Source: an uncultured Desulfarculales bacterium (GTDB taxonomy: Bacteria; Desulfobacterota; Desulfarculia; Desulfarculales; JAHJDS01). From it: DNA of 64,000 bases. Shown one piece after another: positions 40,846 to 50,189 of this stretch; position 1 is the first letter of the stretch; every line of letters starts with the position of its first letter. The stretch covers positions 107,092-171,091 of the forward strand of contig CAZMVB010000005.1 in NCBI GenBank assembly GCA_964569795.1. The letters run 5' to 3'. Made by a program: the position numbers and the translations under genes. The notes under the pieces are model-generated. The model saw nothing but the letters and a program-made list of their open reading frames with translations, made no database searches and had not been told where the DNA came from.

Positions 40846-41412
40846 TCAGCGTCTGCGGCGGTTCTGATTGCCACTCGTTGACCGTGACCGGTTATTTCCG
40901 ACGTTTTGGTTCCGCGCTACCGTGGGGCGCGAAACAGTGTTGATTCGACGCACGTTCACCTGGGGTCTTGAGACCCGAGCCGTGGGGCGCGAAACAGTGT
41001 TGATCCGACGCACGTTCACCTGGGGTCTTGAGGCCCGAGGCGCTCGCCGGCTGACGTTCCGGGTCGGTGTCGGCCGGGAGATGCGGCGCGAACCGGTGTT
41101 GTTTCTACGCAAGGCTGGCCGGGGACCGGCCCGGTTGACTGCCGTTCCGGTAACGCGACGGCGCGGCTGATTTCGGCCCCGGGCCCGATTGCGGTGAATG
41201 GCCGGGCCCTGATAGCTGTTTTGGCCGCGGTAAAAATGTACCGGGCCGCTTTGGTTATAGTAGTAGCCGCTGGAGTTGTACTGAGGGACGGCCGGTCCGT
41301 AATAATAGCCGCCGTCGGTATAGAAGTACTGGTCAGTGGGGACACACCCCACACTCGTGACACCGATAAGACCGACGAACAGCATGGCGACGAGGGCTTT
41401 TTTCGCGTTCAT
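40846..41412 (-). CDS. Lipoprotein with a Tyr/Gly-rich and an Arg-rich repetitive region
   Basis: Lipobox LIGVTSVGC. Contains YYYGPAVPQYNSSGYYYNQSG, then two SRPQVNVRRINTVSRPT.. repeats and an RRRR tail. Confidence 0.75.
   Translation of the reverse strand: MNAKKALVAMLFVGLIGVTSVGCVPTDQYFYTDGGYYYGPAVPQYNSSGYYYNQSGPVHFYRGQNSYQGPAIHRNRARGRNQPRRRVTGTAVNRAGPRPALRRNNTGSRRISRPTPTRNVSRRAPRASRPQVNVRRINTVSRPTARVSRPQVNVRRINTVSRPTVARNQNVGNNRSRSTSGNQNRRRR
40921..41040. repeat. 60-bp tandem duplication inside the lipoprotein gene
   Basis: 40921-40980 and 40981-41040 differ at 3 positions. Each copy encodes one 20-aa repeat. Confidence 0.9.
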
Positions 41413-41709
41413 GGCGACCTCCTTTCCGAACCCGTCTCCATTGACGGATTCAGTCCTTGGTCCGCCTTATTGAAGGGCACACAGTGTGCCATTGGTCTCA
41501 ATTTGCTGATATTATTGATTATATGAAGCGAAGGGCCCTGTTTCAGCCTGAGGATTGTTTAGATTTTATCCAGACGGCCCGACTGATGGATAATAAGGTT
41601 ACATTTTCTCGGCCAACGGGGCCTTGCTTCCGAGATTCGGACCGTTGTCAATAAATTTCCGACAATTGGAATGTATCATTTCTTCTTGATCGAGGCCCCC
41701 TCACCCTGT

Positions 41710-41733
41710 CCCTCTCCCCGCAAGGGGCGAGGG
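41710..41733. repeat. REP-like GC hairpin, copy 2
   Basis: CCCTCTCCCC-GCAA-GGGGCGAGGG (one mismatch), preceded by CCCCCTCACCCTG. Same family and orientation as 40596-40622. Confidence 0.6.
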
Positions 41734-41840
41734 AAACTTACTGAAAATGGGGGCGGCCCTTCCCGGCCTTCTTATTCGTAAAAAAAATCCCGGCCAAAAC
41801 TGGGCGTCCCGGCCGGGATTTCAATTCCAGTTAAAGGGCG

Positions 41841-43037
41841 CTAGGACAGATCGGCCAGGGCCTTTTCGAAACGATTCAGCCCCTCCTCGATGGTCTTCAT
41901 CGAGGTCGCATAGGAGATGCGGATACAGGCGTCATCGCCAAAGGCCGCGCCGGGCACCAGGGCCACGTTGGCCTCGGTCAGCAGGTACTCGGCCAGGGCC
42001 ACCGAGCCGTCGATCTCCCGCCCCTTGAACTTGCCGCCGAAGATCTCGTTCACCTTGGGAAACACATAGAACGCGCCGCCCGGGACGTGGCAGCTCACCC
42101 CGTCGATCTTGTCGATACGCTCGAGCACGTAGTCCCGCCGGCGCCGGAACTCCTCGACCATGCCAATAATAAAATCCTGCGGGCCTTTCAGACCGGCGAT
42201 GGTCGCCGCCTGGGCGATGGAGTTCGGGTTCGAGGTGGACTGGGACTGGATCTTGTTGACCCCCTTGATGATCGGCTCGGGGCCGGCCATGTATCCGATC
42301 CGCCAGCCGGTCATGGCATAGGTCTTGGACACGCCGTTGAGTACCATGGTCCGCTCGATCATGCCCGGCCGGGTGGCGATGGAATCGAATTTTTCCCCGG
42401 TGTACATGATCTTCTCGTAGATGTCGTCCGAGATGACCACCAGGTCGTGCTTGACGGCCAGATCGGCCACCATATCCAGTTCGTCTGACGAAAAGACCGA
42501 GCCGGTCGGGTTGGACGGCGAGTTAAGTACGAAAGCCTTTGTTTTCGAGGTGATCGCCGCCTCGATTTCGGCCCGGGTCGGCTTGAACTGGTTGGCCTGG
42601 CTGGTGGGGACGATGATCGGCTTGCCCCCGGCCAGCATGACCATGGGCGGATAGGACACCCAGTAGGGGGCCGGGACGATCACCTCGTCGTCCGGGTTGA
42701 TGATCGCCTGGCAGAGCTCGTAGAACGAGTGCTTGCCGCCGCAGTTGACCGTGATCTGATCGATCGAGTATTCCAGGCCGTTGTCCCGGCGGAACTTGTC
42801 GGCGACTGCTTTTCGTAATGCGGCAGTGCCCGGCACCGGGGTGTAACGGGTCTGGCCCTCGTCCATGGCCTTCTTGGCCGCCTCGCGGATGTGCTCCGGG
42901 GTGTCGAAGTCCGGCTCGCCGACCGCGAAGCTCAGGACGTCTATCCCCTGGGCCTTGAGTTCGGTGGCTTTGGCGTTGATGGACAGCGTCGGCGAGGGCG
43001 GGATTTCCAGGATGCGGCGGGCCAGTTCAATGCTCAT
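41841..43037 (-). CDS. PLP-dependent aspartate/aromatic aminotransferase (class I)
   Basis: 398 aa with typical motifs GEPDFDTP, NSPSNPTG and SKTYAMTGWRIGY (Lys for PLP). Confidence 0.9.
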   Translation of the reverse strand: MSIELARRILEIPPSPTLSINAKATELKAQGIDVLSFAVGEPDFDTPEHIREAAKKAMDEGQTRYTPVPGTAALRKAVADKFRRDNGLEYSIDQITVNCGGKHSFYELCQAIINPDDEVIVPAPYWVSYPPMVMLAGGKPIIVPTSQANQFKPTRAEIEAAITSKTKAFVLNSPSNPTGSVFSSDELDMVADLAVKHDLVVISDDIYEKIMYTGEKFDSIATRPGMIERTMVLNGVSKTYAMTGWRIGYMAGPEPIIKGVNKIQSQSTSNPNSIAQAATIAGLKGPQDFIIGMVEEFRRRRDYVLERIDKIDGVSCHVPGGAFYVFPKVNEIFGGKFKGREIDGSVALAEYLLTEANVALVPGAAFGDDACIRISYATSMKTIEEGLNRFEKALADLS

Positions 43038-43432
43038 TTTCCATTTTCCTCGGTGGCCAATTTTTCCGGATCAACGAACGGATGGGACACCTCCTCCAGG
43101 ATCCCGTCCGGGTCTTCGGCGTTGTAAACGATCAGATTGCGCAGATGGACATAGGAGTCCAGGTCCAGGGAGGTGAACTCCACGGCCAGACCGTCGTCGG
43201 TCACCCTGACCACCCGCCCCTCGGCGGTCAACCGCAGATCAGAGCTGGCCCCCAGCAGGCGGATGGTGATCTGGCAGGCCGCGCCCGGCTCCAGGTGCTG
43301 ATCGGTATAGATAAATATACCGGTCATGCTCACGTCCCGGGACCGGGTGGATTTGACTGTCAGGTCACCCGAGGCCAGCTCCACTTCGGTGGTAAAGACA
43401 ACCCTGGTCCGGCGTCGGCGTTCATCTTCCAT
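43034..43432 (-). CDS. PilZ domain protein
   Basis: RRRRTRV (RxxxR) and DVSMTG (D.S..G) motifs. Its stop overlaps the aminotransferase start. Confidence 0.75.
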   Translation of the reverse strand: MEDERRRRTRVVFTTEVELASGDLTVKSTRSRDVSMTGIFIYTDQHLEPGAACQITIRLLGASSDLRLTAEGRVVRVTDDGLAVEFTSLDLDSYVHLRNLIVYNAEDPDGILEEVSHPFVDPEKLATEENGK

Positions 43433-43637
43433 GGTTTGCCCCTGGTGAAAGTAACCATTCTATTTATCATAAATGATTTTTCAGGGCAAGGGGAAGGCCT
43501 GATTTCCTCCCGATCGGCCTCGGCCCGGTGGTCCGGGCCTGCCCCCCCGGCCCCAATCAGGATAAAAAAAGTCCTGGTTGCCCCTGGCAGGGGCGGCCTA
43601 AGGTGCATATATTTAATATTAAAAAAAGGAGACAGCC

Positions 43638-44153
43638 ATGTACTCTGAAATCGTGATGGATCATTTCAAGAATCCGCGGAACGTGGGGGAGATCGAAAAC
43701 GCCGACGGCGTGGGCGAGGTCGGTAACCCGGTCTGCGGCGACATGATGTCCGTGTATATCAGGGTCAAGGACGAGAAGATCGACGACATCAAGTTCAAGA
43801 CATTCGGCTGCGGGGCGGCCATCGCCGTGTCGAGCATGGTCACCGAAATGGCCAAGGGCAAGACCGTGGACGAGGCGATGAAGATCTCCAATCGGGACGT
43901 GGCCTCCGAACTGGGGGGACTGCCCAAGAACAAGCTCCACTGCTCGAACCTGGGGGCCGACGCCCTGCACCTGGCGGTGACCGACTACCTGGATCGAAAG
44001 GCCGGCAAGCCGCCCAAGGAAGTGGCCCGCAAGGACGTGCACGAGCACACCCACGGCGACAAGTGCTACTGCCCCTACTGCGACGCCGAGTTGGAAGAGC
44101 CCGCGCCCCCCTTCTGCAGGTCCTGCGGCCGGGAAATCGAGGCCGAGCACTGA
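43638..44153 (+). CDS. nifU: NifU/IscU-type Fe-S scaffold with a C-terminal Cys-rich tail
   Basis: NPVCGD, FGCGAAIA and LHCS scaffold cysteines. SD AAGGAG. The tail is CYCPYC..CRSC. Confidence 0.9.
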   Translation: MYSEIVMDHFKNPRNVGEIENADGVGEVGNPVCGDMMSVYIRVKDEKIDDIKFKTFGCGAAIAVSSMVTEMAKGKTVDEAMKISNRDVASELGGLPKNKLHCSNLGADALHLAVTDYLDRKAGKPPKEVARKDVHEHTHGDKCYCPYCDAELEEPAPPFCRSCGREIEAEH

Positions 44154-44191
44154 TCGTCATCAACCGCTGACCGGATTCTAGCGAGGTAGAG

Positions 44192-45349
44192 ATGCAACGG
44201 ATCATCAATCTGGATAACGCCGCGGCCACGCCGATTCATCCCCAGGTCAAGGCGGAGATGATCGACTATCTGGAAAACGTTTACGCCAACCCTTCGAGCC
44301 AGCACCGCCTGGGGGATCGGGCGGCCGAGGCCCTGGACAAGGCCCGGGAGCAGGTCGCGCTCCTGATCAACGCCGAGCCGCGGGAGATCGTCTTCGGCTC
44401 GGGCGGGACCGAGTCAATCAATCACGCGGTCAAGGGCGTGGCCTTTGCCAAGCGCGACAAGGGCAAACATATCATCACCAGCAACATCGAGCACAACGCC
44501 GTCTTGCGGACCCTGCGGGCCCTGCGGCTGATGGACTGGCGGGTGACCTCGCTGGAGGTGGATCATCACGGCCGGCTCGATCCGGCGGCGGTCGAGAAGG
44601 CCATCACCGATGAGACCGTCCTGATCACGATCATGCACGCCAACAACGAGATCGGGACCATCGAACCCATCGCCGAGATCGGGGAGATCGCCGGCAAGAT
44701 CGTGTTTCACTCCGACGCCGTGGCCTCGACCGGGATCATTCCGGTGGACGTGAAGGCCATGAACGTGGACCTGCTGTCCCTGTCGGCCAATCAGTTCTAC
44801 GGGCCTTCGGGCGTGGGGGCGCTGTACGTCAAGCGGGGCACGGCCCTGTGGCCCCTGCTGGACGGCGGGGTCCAAGAGCAAAACAAGCGGGCCGGCACCC
44901 AGAACATGGTGGGCATCGTCGGCCTGGGGGCCGCGGCCGAGCTGGCCCGGGCTGAAATGAATCAGCGGGCCAAGCACACCCGGACCCTCAAGGAGAGAAT
45001 GGCCGCGGGCCTTTCGGAACGGATCGACCACCTCATCTTCAACGGTCATCCCGAGCACAACCTGCCGCATCTGCTGTCGGTCTCGGTCGGGTTCATCGAG
45101 GGCGAATCGATGATGATCATGCTCGACGAGGAGGGCGTGGCCGTGGCGACCCGGTCGGCCTGCGCCGCCGGGGCCCTGCAGGCCAGCCACGTGCTCCTGG
45201 GCATCGGGCTGGATTTCGCCGACGCCCAGGGGACCCTGGTGTTCACCTTCAGTCCGGACAATACCGCCGCCGACGTCGATTTCGTGGTAGAGAAGCTGCC
45301 GCCCATTGTCGAGCGGTTGAGGGAGATGAGTCCTCTATACAAAAAATAA
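44192..45349 (+). CDS. nifS: Cysteine desulfurase (NifS/IscS)
   Basis: 385 aa with FGSGGTESIN, the SANQFYGPSG region and the active-site loop ATRSACAAG. Confidence 0.9.
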   Translation: MQRIINLDNAAATPIHPQVKAEMIDYLENVYANPSSQHRLGDRAAEALDKAREQVALLINAEPREIVFGSGGTESINHAVKGVAFAKRDKGKHIITSNIEHNAVLRTLRALRLMDWRVTSLEVDHHGRLDPAAVEKAITDETVLITIMHANNEIGTIEPIAEIGEIAGKIVFHSDAVASTGIIPVDVKAMNVDLLSLSANQFYGPSGVGALYVKRGTALWPLLDGGVQEQNKRAGTQNMVGIVGLGAAAELARAEMNQRAKHTRTLKERMAAGLSERIDHLIFNGHPEHNLPHLLSVSVGFIEGESMMIMLDEEGVAVATRSACAAGALQASHVLLGIGLDFADAQGTLVFTFSPDNTAADVDFVVEKLPPIVERLREMSPLYKK

Positions 45350-45503
45350 TTGTTCTCAAACCTTGGCCTGAATCGGTGCGGAGTGAGTCATCGTAGTTGT
45401 CTCGTTGTAAAATATTCCTGACCCGCCCCAAGGCCGGCCTGAAACGCCCGAAGCCGTGTAACGGGCGTCCGCTATAAGGATCGCCCTCCGTCCAAATTGG
45501 GTA

Positions 45504-45532
45504 TTGACTGCCCAGTTCCATCTATATAGAAT
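45504..45532 (+). promoter_or_regulatory. Candidate sigma70 promoter for the PAS gene
   Basis: TTGACT-N17-TAGAAT, about 90 nt upstream of the GTG at 45622. Confidence 0.45.
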
Positions 45533-45621
45533 GGTCAATCGTTTTTAAATGAAACAATTGGTTTAACTCCAGGATATAATTGATTGATTTCGCCAAGTGG
45601 CGATGAAGCGCGAGGCTGAAG

Positions 45622-46287
45622 GTGACAGTTGAACTTGACACCGGGAACCAATCCCCTTCCGAGGCCGGGTGCGAGGACAAGTATCGGCTTTTGGCCGAGA
45701 ACATCCAGGAGGTCATCTGGTCCCTGGACCTGGCCAGCCTCAAATTGACCTACATCAGTCCGTCCGTGGAAAAGAAATCGGGTTACACGGTCCAGGAACT
45801 GCTGGACATGCCGCTGGGGGAGCGCATGTCTGCCGAATCATTTCAGACGGTAATGAGGCTGTTTCAGGAAGAGATGGCCCTGGAAGCCACCGGCCGGGCC
45901 GCCCCGGACCGGACCCGGACCCTGGAACTGCTGGAATACACCAAGGACGGCCGGCCGGTCTGGGTCGAGACGACCATGTCGTTTCTGCGCGATGAGGGCG
46001 GCCGGGCCACGGGCGTGGTCGGCGTTTCCCGGGACATCACCGAGCGGAAGCAATTCGAGGAGGAGCGCGAGCGGCTGATCAGCGAGCTGGAGGCGGCCCT
46101 GGCCAAGGTCAAGACGTTGAAGGGCCTGGTGCCGATCTGTCCCTCTTGCAAGAAGATCCGCGACGACCACGGATTCTGGCACCAGGTCGAGATCTATATC
46201 CGGGATCATTCCGAGGCCGAGTTCAGCCATAACATCTGCCCCGAGTGCTTGGCCAAACTCTATCCCGAATACGCCAAGGGCAAGTAG
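45622..46287 (+). CDS. PAS-domain protein with a C-terminal four-Cys module
   Basis: PAS core (IQEVIWSLDL...YISPSVEKKSGYT), a coiled linker, then ICPSCKKIRDDHGFWHQVEIYIRDHSEAEFSHNICPEC. Confidence 0.8.
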   Translation: MTVELDTGNQSPSEAGCEDKYRLLAENIQEVIWSLDLASLKLTYISPSVEKKSGYTVQELLDMPLGERMSAESFQTVMRLFQEEMALEATGRAAPDRTRTLELLEYTKDGRPVWVETTMSFLRDEGGRATGVVGVSRDITERKQFEEERERLISELEAALAKVKTLKGLVPICPSCKKIRDDHGFWHQVEIYIRDHSEAEFSHNICPECLAKLYPEYAKGK

Positions 46288-46309
46288 CTCTCAAAATCGT
46301 ATTTCGAAA

Positions 46310-48265
46310 TCACAGGGCGTCGATCTGATGGGCAGCTCGGGCGCCTTCGCTGGTGGCGTGCAGGATCTTGCCCGGGTTCAGGGCGTCGCCCACCAAAAAG
46401 ACGTGGTCGTGTTTGCCCTCGAGCTTTAACGCCAGATCGTCACGGGGACGGACGCCCATGGCGTTGACGATGGTGTCCACCCCGGTCAGTTCGCGATGAT
46501 ACCGCTGGCCGTCGCGCTCCTCGAGAATGTACGAGATCCTGTCCGGATGAATCCGCCTGACCTTGCACCTAATCAGACGCCTGAGCTTGAGTTCCCTCAG
46601 CCGGCGCATCAGCAAAAAACGCCGGGCCGGGCCCAGGTCCAGGCCGATCTGCTGGCCCATCTCGATGACCGTCACTTTATGCCCCTGGTGCAGGAGCAGG
46701 TGGGCCGTCTCCAGGCCGATGTTGCCCCCGCCCAGGATGACCACCTTGTCGCCGACCCGAGCCTTATCGGCCAGGACGTCGTGGGCGGTGACCACGCTCG
46801 GGTTGTCCATGCCCGGCAGGTCAGGCACCAAAGGCACCGCGCCGGTGGCGATGACAATGGCCTCCGGGTTTTCACCCAAGATCGTGTCGGCGTCGGCCAT
46901 GACCCCCAGGCGCAGCTCGATCCGGCTTCGATTGAGCGTTTCCTGATAAAAACGGATCACCCCGAAAAACTCGTCCTTGTCCGGCGGCCGGCCGGCCAGG
47001 TTGACCTGACCGCCGATTTTTTCATCCGCCTCGAACAGGATGACCTGGTGGCCCATCAAATCCAGGACCCGGGCCGCCTCCAGGCCGGCCGGACCGGCCC
47101 CGACCACGACCACCTTTTTGGATTTTTCGCTCTGGCGGACGGCCAGCTGAGATTCGTGTCCGGCCTCGGGATTGTAGAGGCAGGTCACCGGGCGCTCGGC
47201 AAAGAAGTAGTCGATGCAGCCCTGGTTGCAGCCGATGCAGGGGCGAATGGCCCGCCAGTCCGAGGCCCGGGCCTTGGCGGTCCAGGCCGCATCGGCCAGC
47301 ATGGCCCGGCCGCAGGCGATCAGGTCGGCCTGACCCCGCTTCAGGGCAAGTTCGGCCTGGGCCGGGGTGGTGATCCGGCCGACGCCGATGACCGGGACGT
47401 CCACCGCCGCCTTGACCGCCTGGGCCAGGGCCAGGTGGGTGCCGTGGGCCACGGGCAGGGGCGGAATCAAGAGGTGCGGCGTCTCGAACACGCCGCCGGT
47501 GACGTTCAGGACGTCCACCCCGGCCTCGGCCAGCAATTTCGCCAGGGCGGGCGTGTCCTCGGGTCCCAGGCCGCCGCTGACATAGTCATTGGCGTTGAAT
47601 CGAAACGACAGAATTTTGTCCTGAAAGTCGTGCTTGATCCGCCGGACGATTTCCAGCGGAAAGCGCATCCGCTTTTCCGGGCTGCCGCCGTAGGCGTCGG
47701 TCCGCTGGTTGCAGTAGGGAGAGATGAACTGGTGGACCAGGTATTCGTGGGCGCCGTGGATCTCGACCCCGTCAAAGCCGGCCTCCACGGCCCGATCCGC
47801 GGCCCGGCCGAATGCCTCGACCATCAGTTCGATCTGGTCCAGGGTCATCTCGACCGGCGTCATCCGGCCGACCGGGCCCCGGACGGGCGACGGCCCCAGG
47901 GGCGTCCGGCCCGAGACCCGCAAATCGGTGTTGCGCCCGCCGTGAAAGAGCTGCAGGATCACCGCCGCGCCCTCTTGGCGAACGGCCGCGGCCAGTTTGG
48001 CGAAACCGTCGATCAGGTCGTCGCGGGACAGATCGAGCATCAGGGGATAGGCCCGGCCCGAGGGGTGGACGGCCGTTCCCTCGACCACGATCAGGCCCGG
48101 CCCATCGGCCGCCCGGGCGGCATAGTAGTCGATCAGCCGGTCGGTGACCTCGCCCTGACGGCTGGCCAGGTTGGTCCCCATGGGCGACATGACGATCCGG
48201 TTGCGCAGTTCGAGCCGGCCCAGCCCGAACGGTGAAAACAGGTGCTGATAGACGCTCACGACCAC
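46310..48265 (-). CDS. Old-yellow-enzyme / 2,4-dienoyl-CoA reductase-like flavoprotein (OYE domain + FAD/NAD(P) domain)
   Basis: N-terminal OYE TIM-barrel (RIVMSPMG, GFDGVEIHGAHEYL), a CxxC..C cluster (CIGCNQGC), then VVVVGAGPAGLEAA and VVILGGGNIGLE dinucleotide folds. The start is GTG 48265 or 48259. Confidence 0.85.
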   Translation of the reverse strand: MVVSVYQHLFSPFGLGRLELRNRIVMSPMGTNLASRQGEVTDRLIDYYAARAADGPGLIVVEGTAVHPSGRAYPLMLDLSRDDLIDGFAKLAAAVRQEGAAVILQLFHGGRNTDLRVSGRTPLGPSPVRGPVGRMTPVEMTLDQIELMVEAFGRAADRAVEAGFDGVEIHGAHEYLVHQFISPYCNQRTDAYGGSPEKRMRFPLEIVRRIKHDFQDKILSFRFNANDYVSGGLGPEDTPALAKLLAEAGVDVLNVTGGVFETPHLLIPPLPVAHGTHLALAQAVKAAVDVPVIGVGRITTPAQAELALKRGQADLIACGRAMLADAAWTAKARASDWRAIRPCIGCNQGCIDYFFAERPVTCLYNPEAGHESQLAVRQSEKSKKVVVVGAGPAGLEAARVLDLMGHQVILFEADEKIGGQVNLAGRPPDKDEFFGVIRFYQETLNRSRIELRLGVMADADTILGENPEAIVIATGAVPLVPDLPGMDNPSVVTAHDVLADKARVGDKVVILGGGNIGLETAHLLLHQGHKVTVIEMGQQIGLDLGPARRFLLMRRLRELKLRRLIRCKVRRIHPDRISYILEERDGQRYHRELTGVDTIVNAMGVRPRDDLALKLEGKHDHVFLVGDALNPGKILHATSEGARAAHQIDAL

Positions 48266-48366
48266 CTTCCCCGAAAGAATACTTTATTAACTTGTCTGGA
48301 AATAACCCCGGGGTCAAGTCCTTGTTCCAGGAATTACTTGGGGGGTCGCCGCCCGGCCAGCCAAAT

Positions 48367-49368
48367 TCAGCCGGAAACGGCCCAGACGTGGCCGTGCGAC
48401 CCGCCCTTCTGGGCGACGCCGATCGCCCCCTTGTCCAGGTAGAGGGCCATGGCCCAGTCCGGCTCGAACGAACTGGTGGTCGAGGACCAGTACACGTCCC
48501 GCGGGTTTCTGAAGGGATGCCCCACGGGCAAGGCCGGCGAGTGCCGGGAGGCATCGACCAGGGATTCCAGCTCGTTGATCGTGGGCAGCCGCCAGTCAAC
48601 GCGACCCGAGGTCTCATTCAGGCGGCGGACCGCCTCCAGGGCGGCGGCCCAGTCCACTGGCCCGTCCGCCAGATCGGCCTCCCGGGTCCAGGTGAGCCGG
48701 GTCAGCTCGTCCCTGATGCCGACCCCATGCTCGATGAATCTGGGCCGGGGCCAGGCGACGCCCAGGCGCAGTTCGCCGTCCTGACCCGTGCCCTGGGGGC
48801 CTACCGGCCGGCCGGCGTCATCAAAACAGGTTGTCTGCCCGGTCTGGGGAAGGACCAGGCTGCCCGGACCCCGGACCGGCCAGACCAGGTAGGACATATC
48901 CTTTTTCCCGAAAAACATCCGGCCGCCTTCCAGATGCACGTACCAGGCATAGGCTGGATTTCCGGCCCAACTGGTGCTGGTCCAGTGCCAGCCCAGGAAG
49001 ACATTTTGGAAGGGATGGCCCGCGGGCAGGGCCGGATTTTTATCGGCAAAACTGAGGAGGCTGGTCAGTTCCCGGCTGTTGGGCAGCCGCCAGTCGCGGC
49101 CGTCGAGATATCCCGTCTGGTTCAGGTCATGGACATGGGTCAGGGCCTCGGACCAGGTCAGCGGCAACCCGGCCGGGTTGCCGTCCCCTGACCAGACAAG
49201 TCCGGTCAGCCGATCCTTCACGACCTCGCCCTGGATCTCGAACCGGGGTTCGGGCCAGGGCAGGCCCGTTTTGAACTCGGCGTCCTGACCGCTCCCGGCG
49301 CAGGGGATCACCTCTCCCTCGACCGAGTAGCATTGACCCTGGCCCGTACCCAGACAGAAGCGGCCCAT
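48367..49368 (-). CDS. DUF1566 (Lcl C-terminal-like) repeat protein
   Basis: Repeated DWRLP(N/T)..EL motifs. No signal peptide seen. Confidence 0.7.
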   Translation of the reverse strand: MGRFCLGTGQGQCYSVEGEVIPCAGSGQDAEFKTGLPWPEPRFEIQGEVVKDRLTGLVWSGDGNPAGLPLTWSEALTHVHDLNQTGYLDGRDWRLPNSRELTSLLSFADKNPALPAGHPFQNVFLGWHWTSTSWAGNPAYAWYVHLEGGRMFFGKKDMSYLVWPVRGPGSLVLPQTGQTTCFDDAGRPVGPQGTGQDGELRLGVAWPRPRFIEHGVGIRDELTRLTWTREADLADGPVDWAAALEAVRRLNETSGRVDWRLPTINELESLVDASRHSPALPVGHPFRNPRDVYWSSTTSSFEPDWAMALYLDKGAIGVAQKGGSHGHVWAVSG

Positions 49369-49424
49369 CGGTCAATCCCTGGCCTCCTGTTTGATCAGGC
49401 GCGGCCGGTCATCCCGGGACATGC

Positions 49425-50189
49425 TCACCGGGCCTCGGGCAGAAATTGAAAAAGCACGAAAATCTCCTGATTGCCCTTGGGACCCTTGATCACGGCGTCC
49501 GCCCTGCCCTCCTCGACCAGGCCGAGGGACCGGGCCAAGGCGGCCACCTCGTCCACGGCCGCCCGGCGAACGGCCTCATCCCGGACCACCCCGCCCTTGC
49601 TCACTTTTTCCGGCCCGGCCTCGAACTGGGGCTTGATCAGGGCCAGCACCCGGGCCCCGGGTTTGAGCAGTTCCAGCAGCGGGGGCAGTATTTTTTTTAA
49701 AGAGATGAAGGACACGTCCACCGTGGCCAGATCGAATCTATCCGTAAAATCGGCCGGCGCGGCGTGGCGGAAGTTGTATCGTTCGAGGGCGACCACCCGG
49801 GTGTCTTGGCGTAGCTTCCAGTCGAGCTGGCCCCGGCCCACGTCCACGGCCCAGACCCGGGCCGCGCCGCGCTGGAGCAGGCAGTCGGTGAACCCGCCGG
49901 TCGAGGCCCCCACGTCCAGGCAGACCAGGCCGACTACATTCAGCCCGAAATGATCCAGGGCCCCGGCCAGCTTGACGCCGCCGCGACTTACGTAGGGATG
50001 ATCGGGTTCCTTGAGTTCGATCCGGGCATCGACCGGGACCAATGAGCCCGGCTTGGGACGGTCAATCCCCTCGACCAGGACCTGCCCCGCCAGGATCAAG
50101 GCCTGGGCCCGGGTCCGGGACGGAGCCAGGCCCCTTGTCTCCAGCAGCTTATCGAGCCGCTCTTTGGCTGAAGGCGGGGGTGTGGACAC
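49425..50189 (-). CDS. tlyA: TlyA family rRNA 2'-O-methyltransferase
   Basis: S4-like N-terminus ERLDKLLETRGLAPSRTRAQALI and SAM motif LDVGASTGGFTD. Confidence 0.9.
   Translation of the reverse strand: MSTPPPSAKERLDKLLETRGLAPSRTRAQALILAGQVLVEGIDRPKPGSLVPVDARIELKEPDHPYVSRGGVKLAGALDHFGLNVVGLVCLDVGASTGGFTDCLLQRGAARVWAVDVGRGQLDWKLRQDTRVVALERYNFRHAAPADFTDRFDLATVDVSFISLKKILPPLLELLKPGARVLALIKPQFEAGPEKVSKGGVVRDEAVRRAAVDEVAALARSLGLVEEGRADAVIKGPKGNQEIFVLFQFLPEAR

Noticed and set aside
43580-43594. The palindrome GCCCCTG-G-CAGGGGC upstream of nifU, as a possible Rrf2/IscR-type operator. Similarly GGCACAC-A-GTGTGCC at 41476-41490 upstream of the lipoprotein gene.
   Set aside because: Short GC palindromes are frequent in high-GC DNA. 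Neither matches a regulator consensus I can recall, and there is no second copy in the window.
50149-50189. The 41-nt overlap between the dxs 3' end and the tlyA start, as a possible misannotation or programmed feature.
   Set aside because: The tlyA start at 50189 gives a normal N-terminus 8 aa before the conserved (K/E)RLD motif. Such overlaps are common in tightly packed operons, so nothing unusual is implied.
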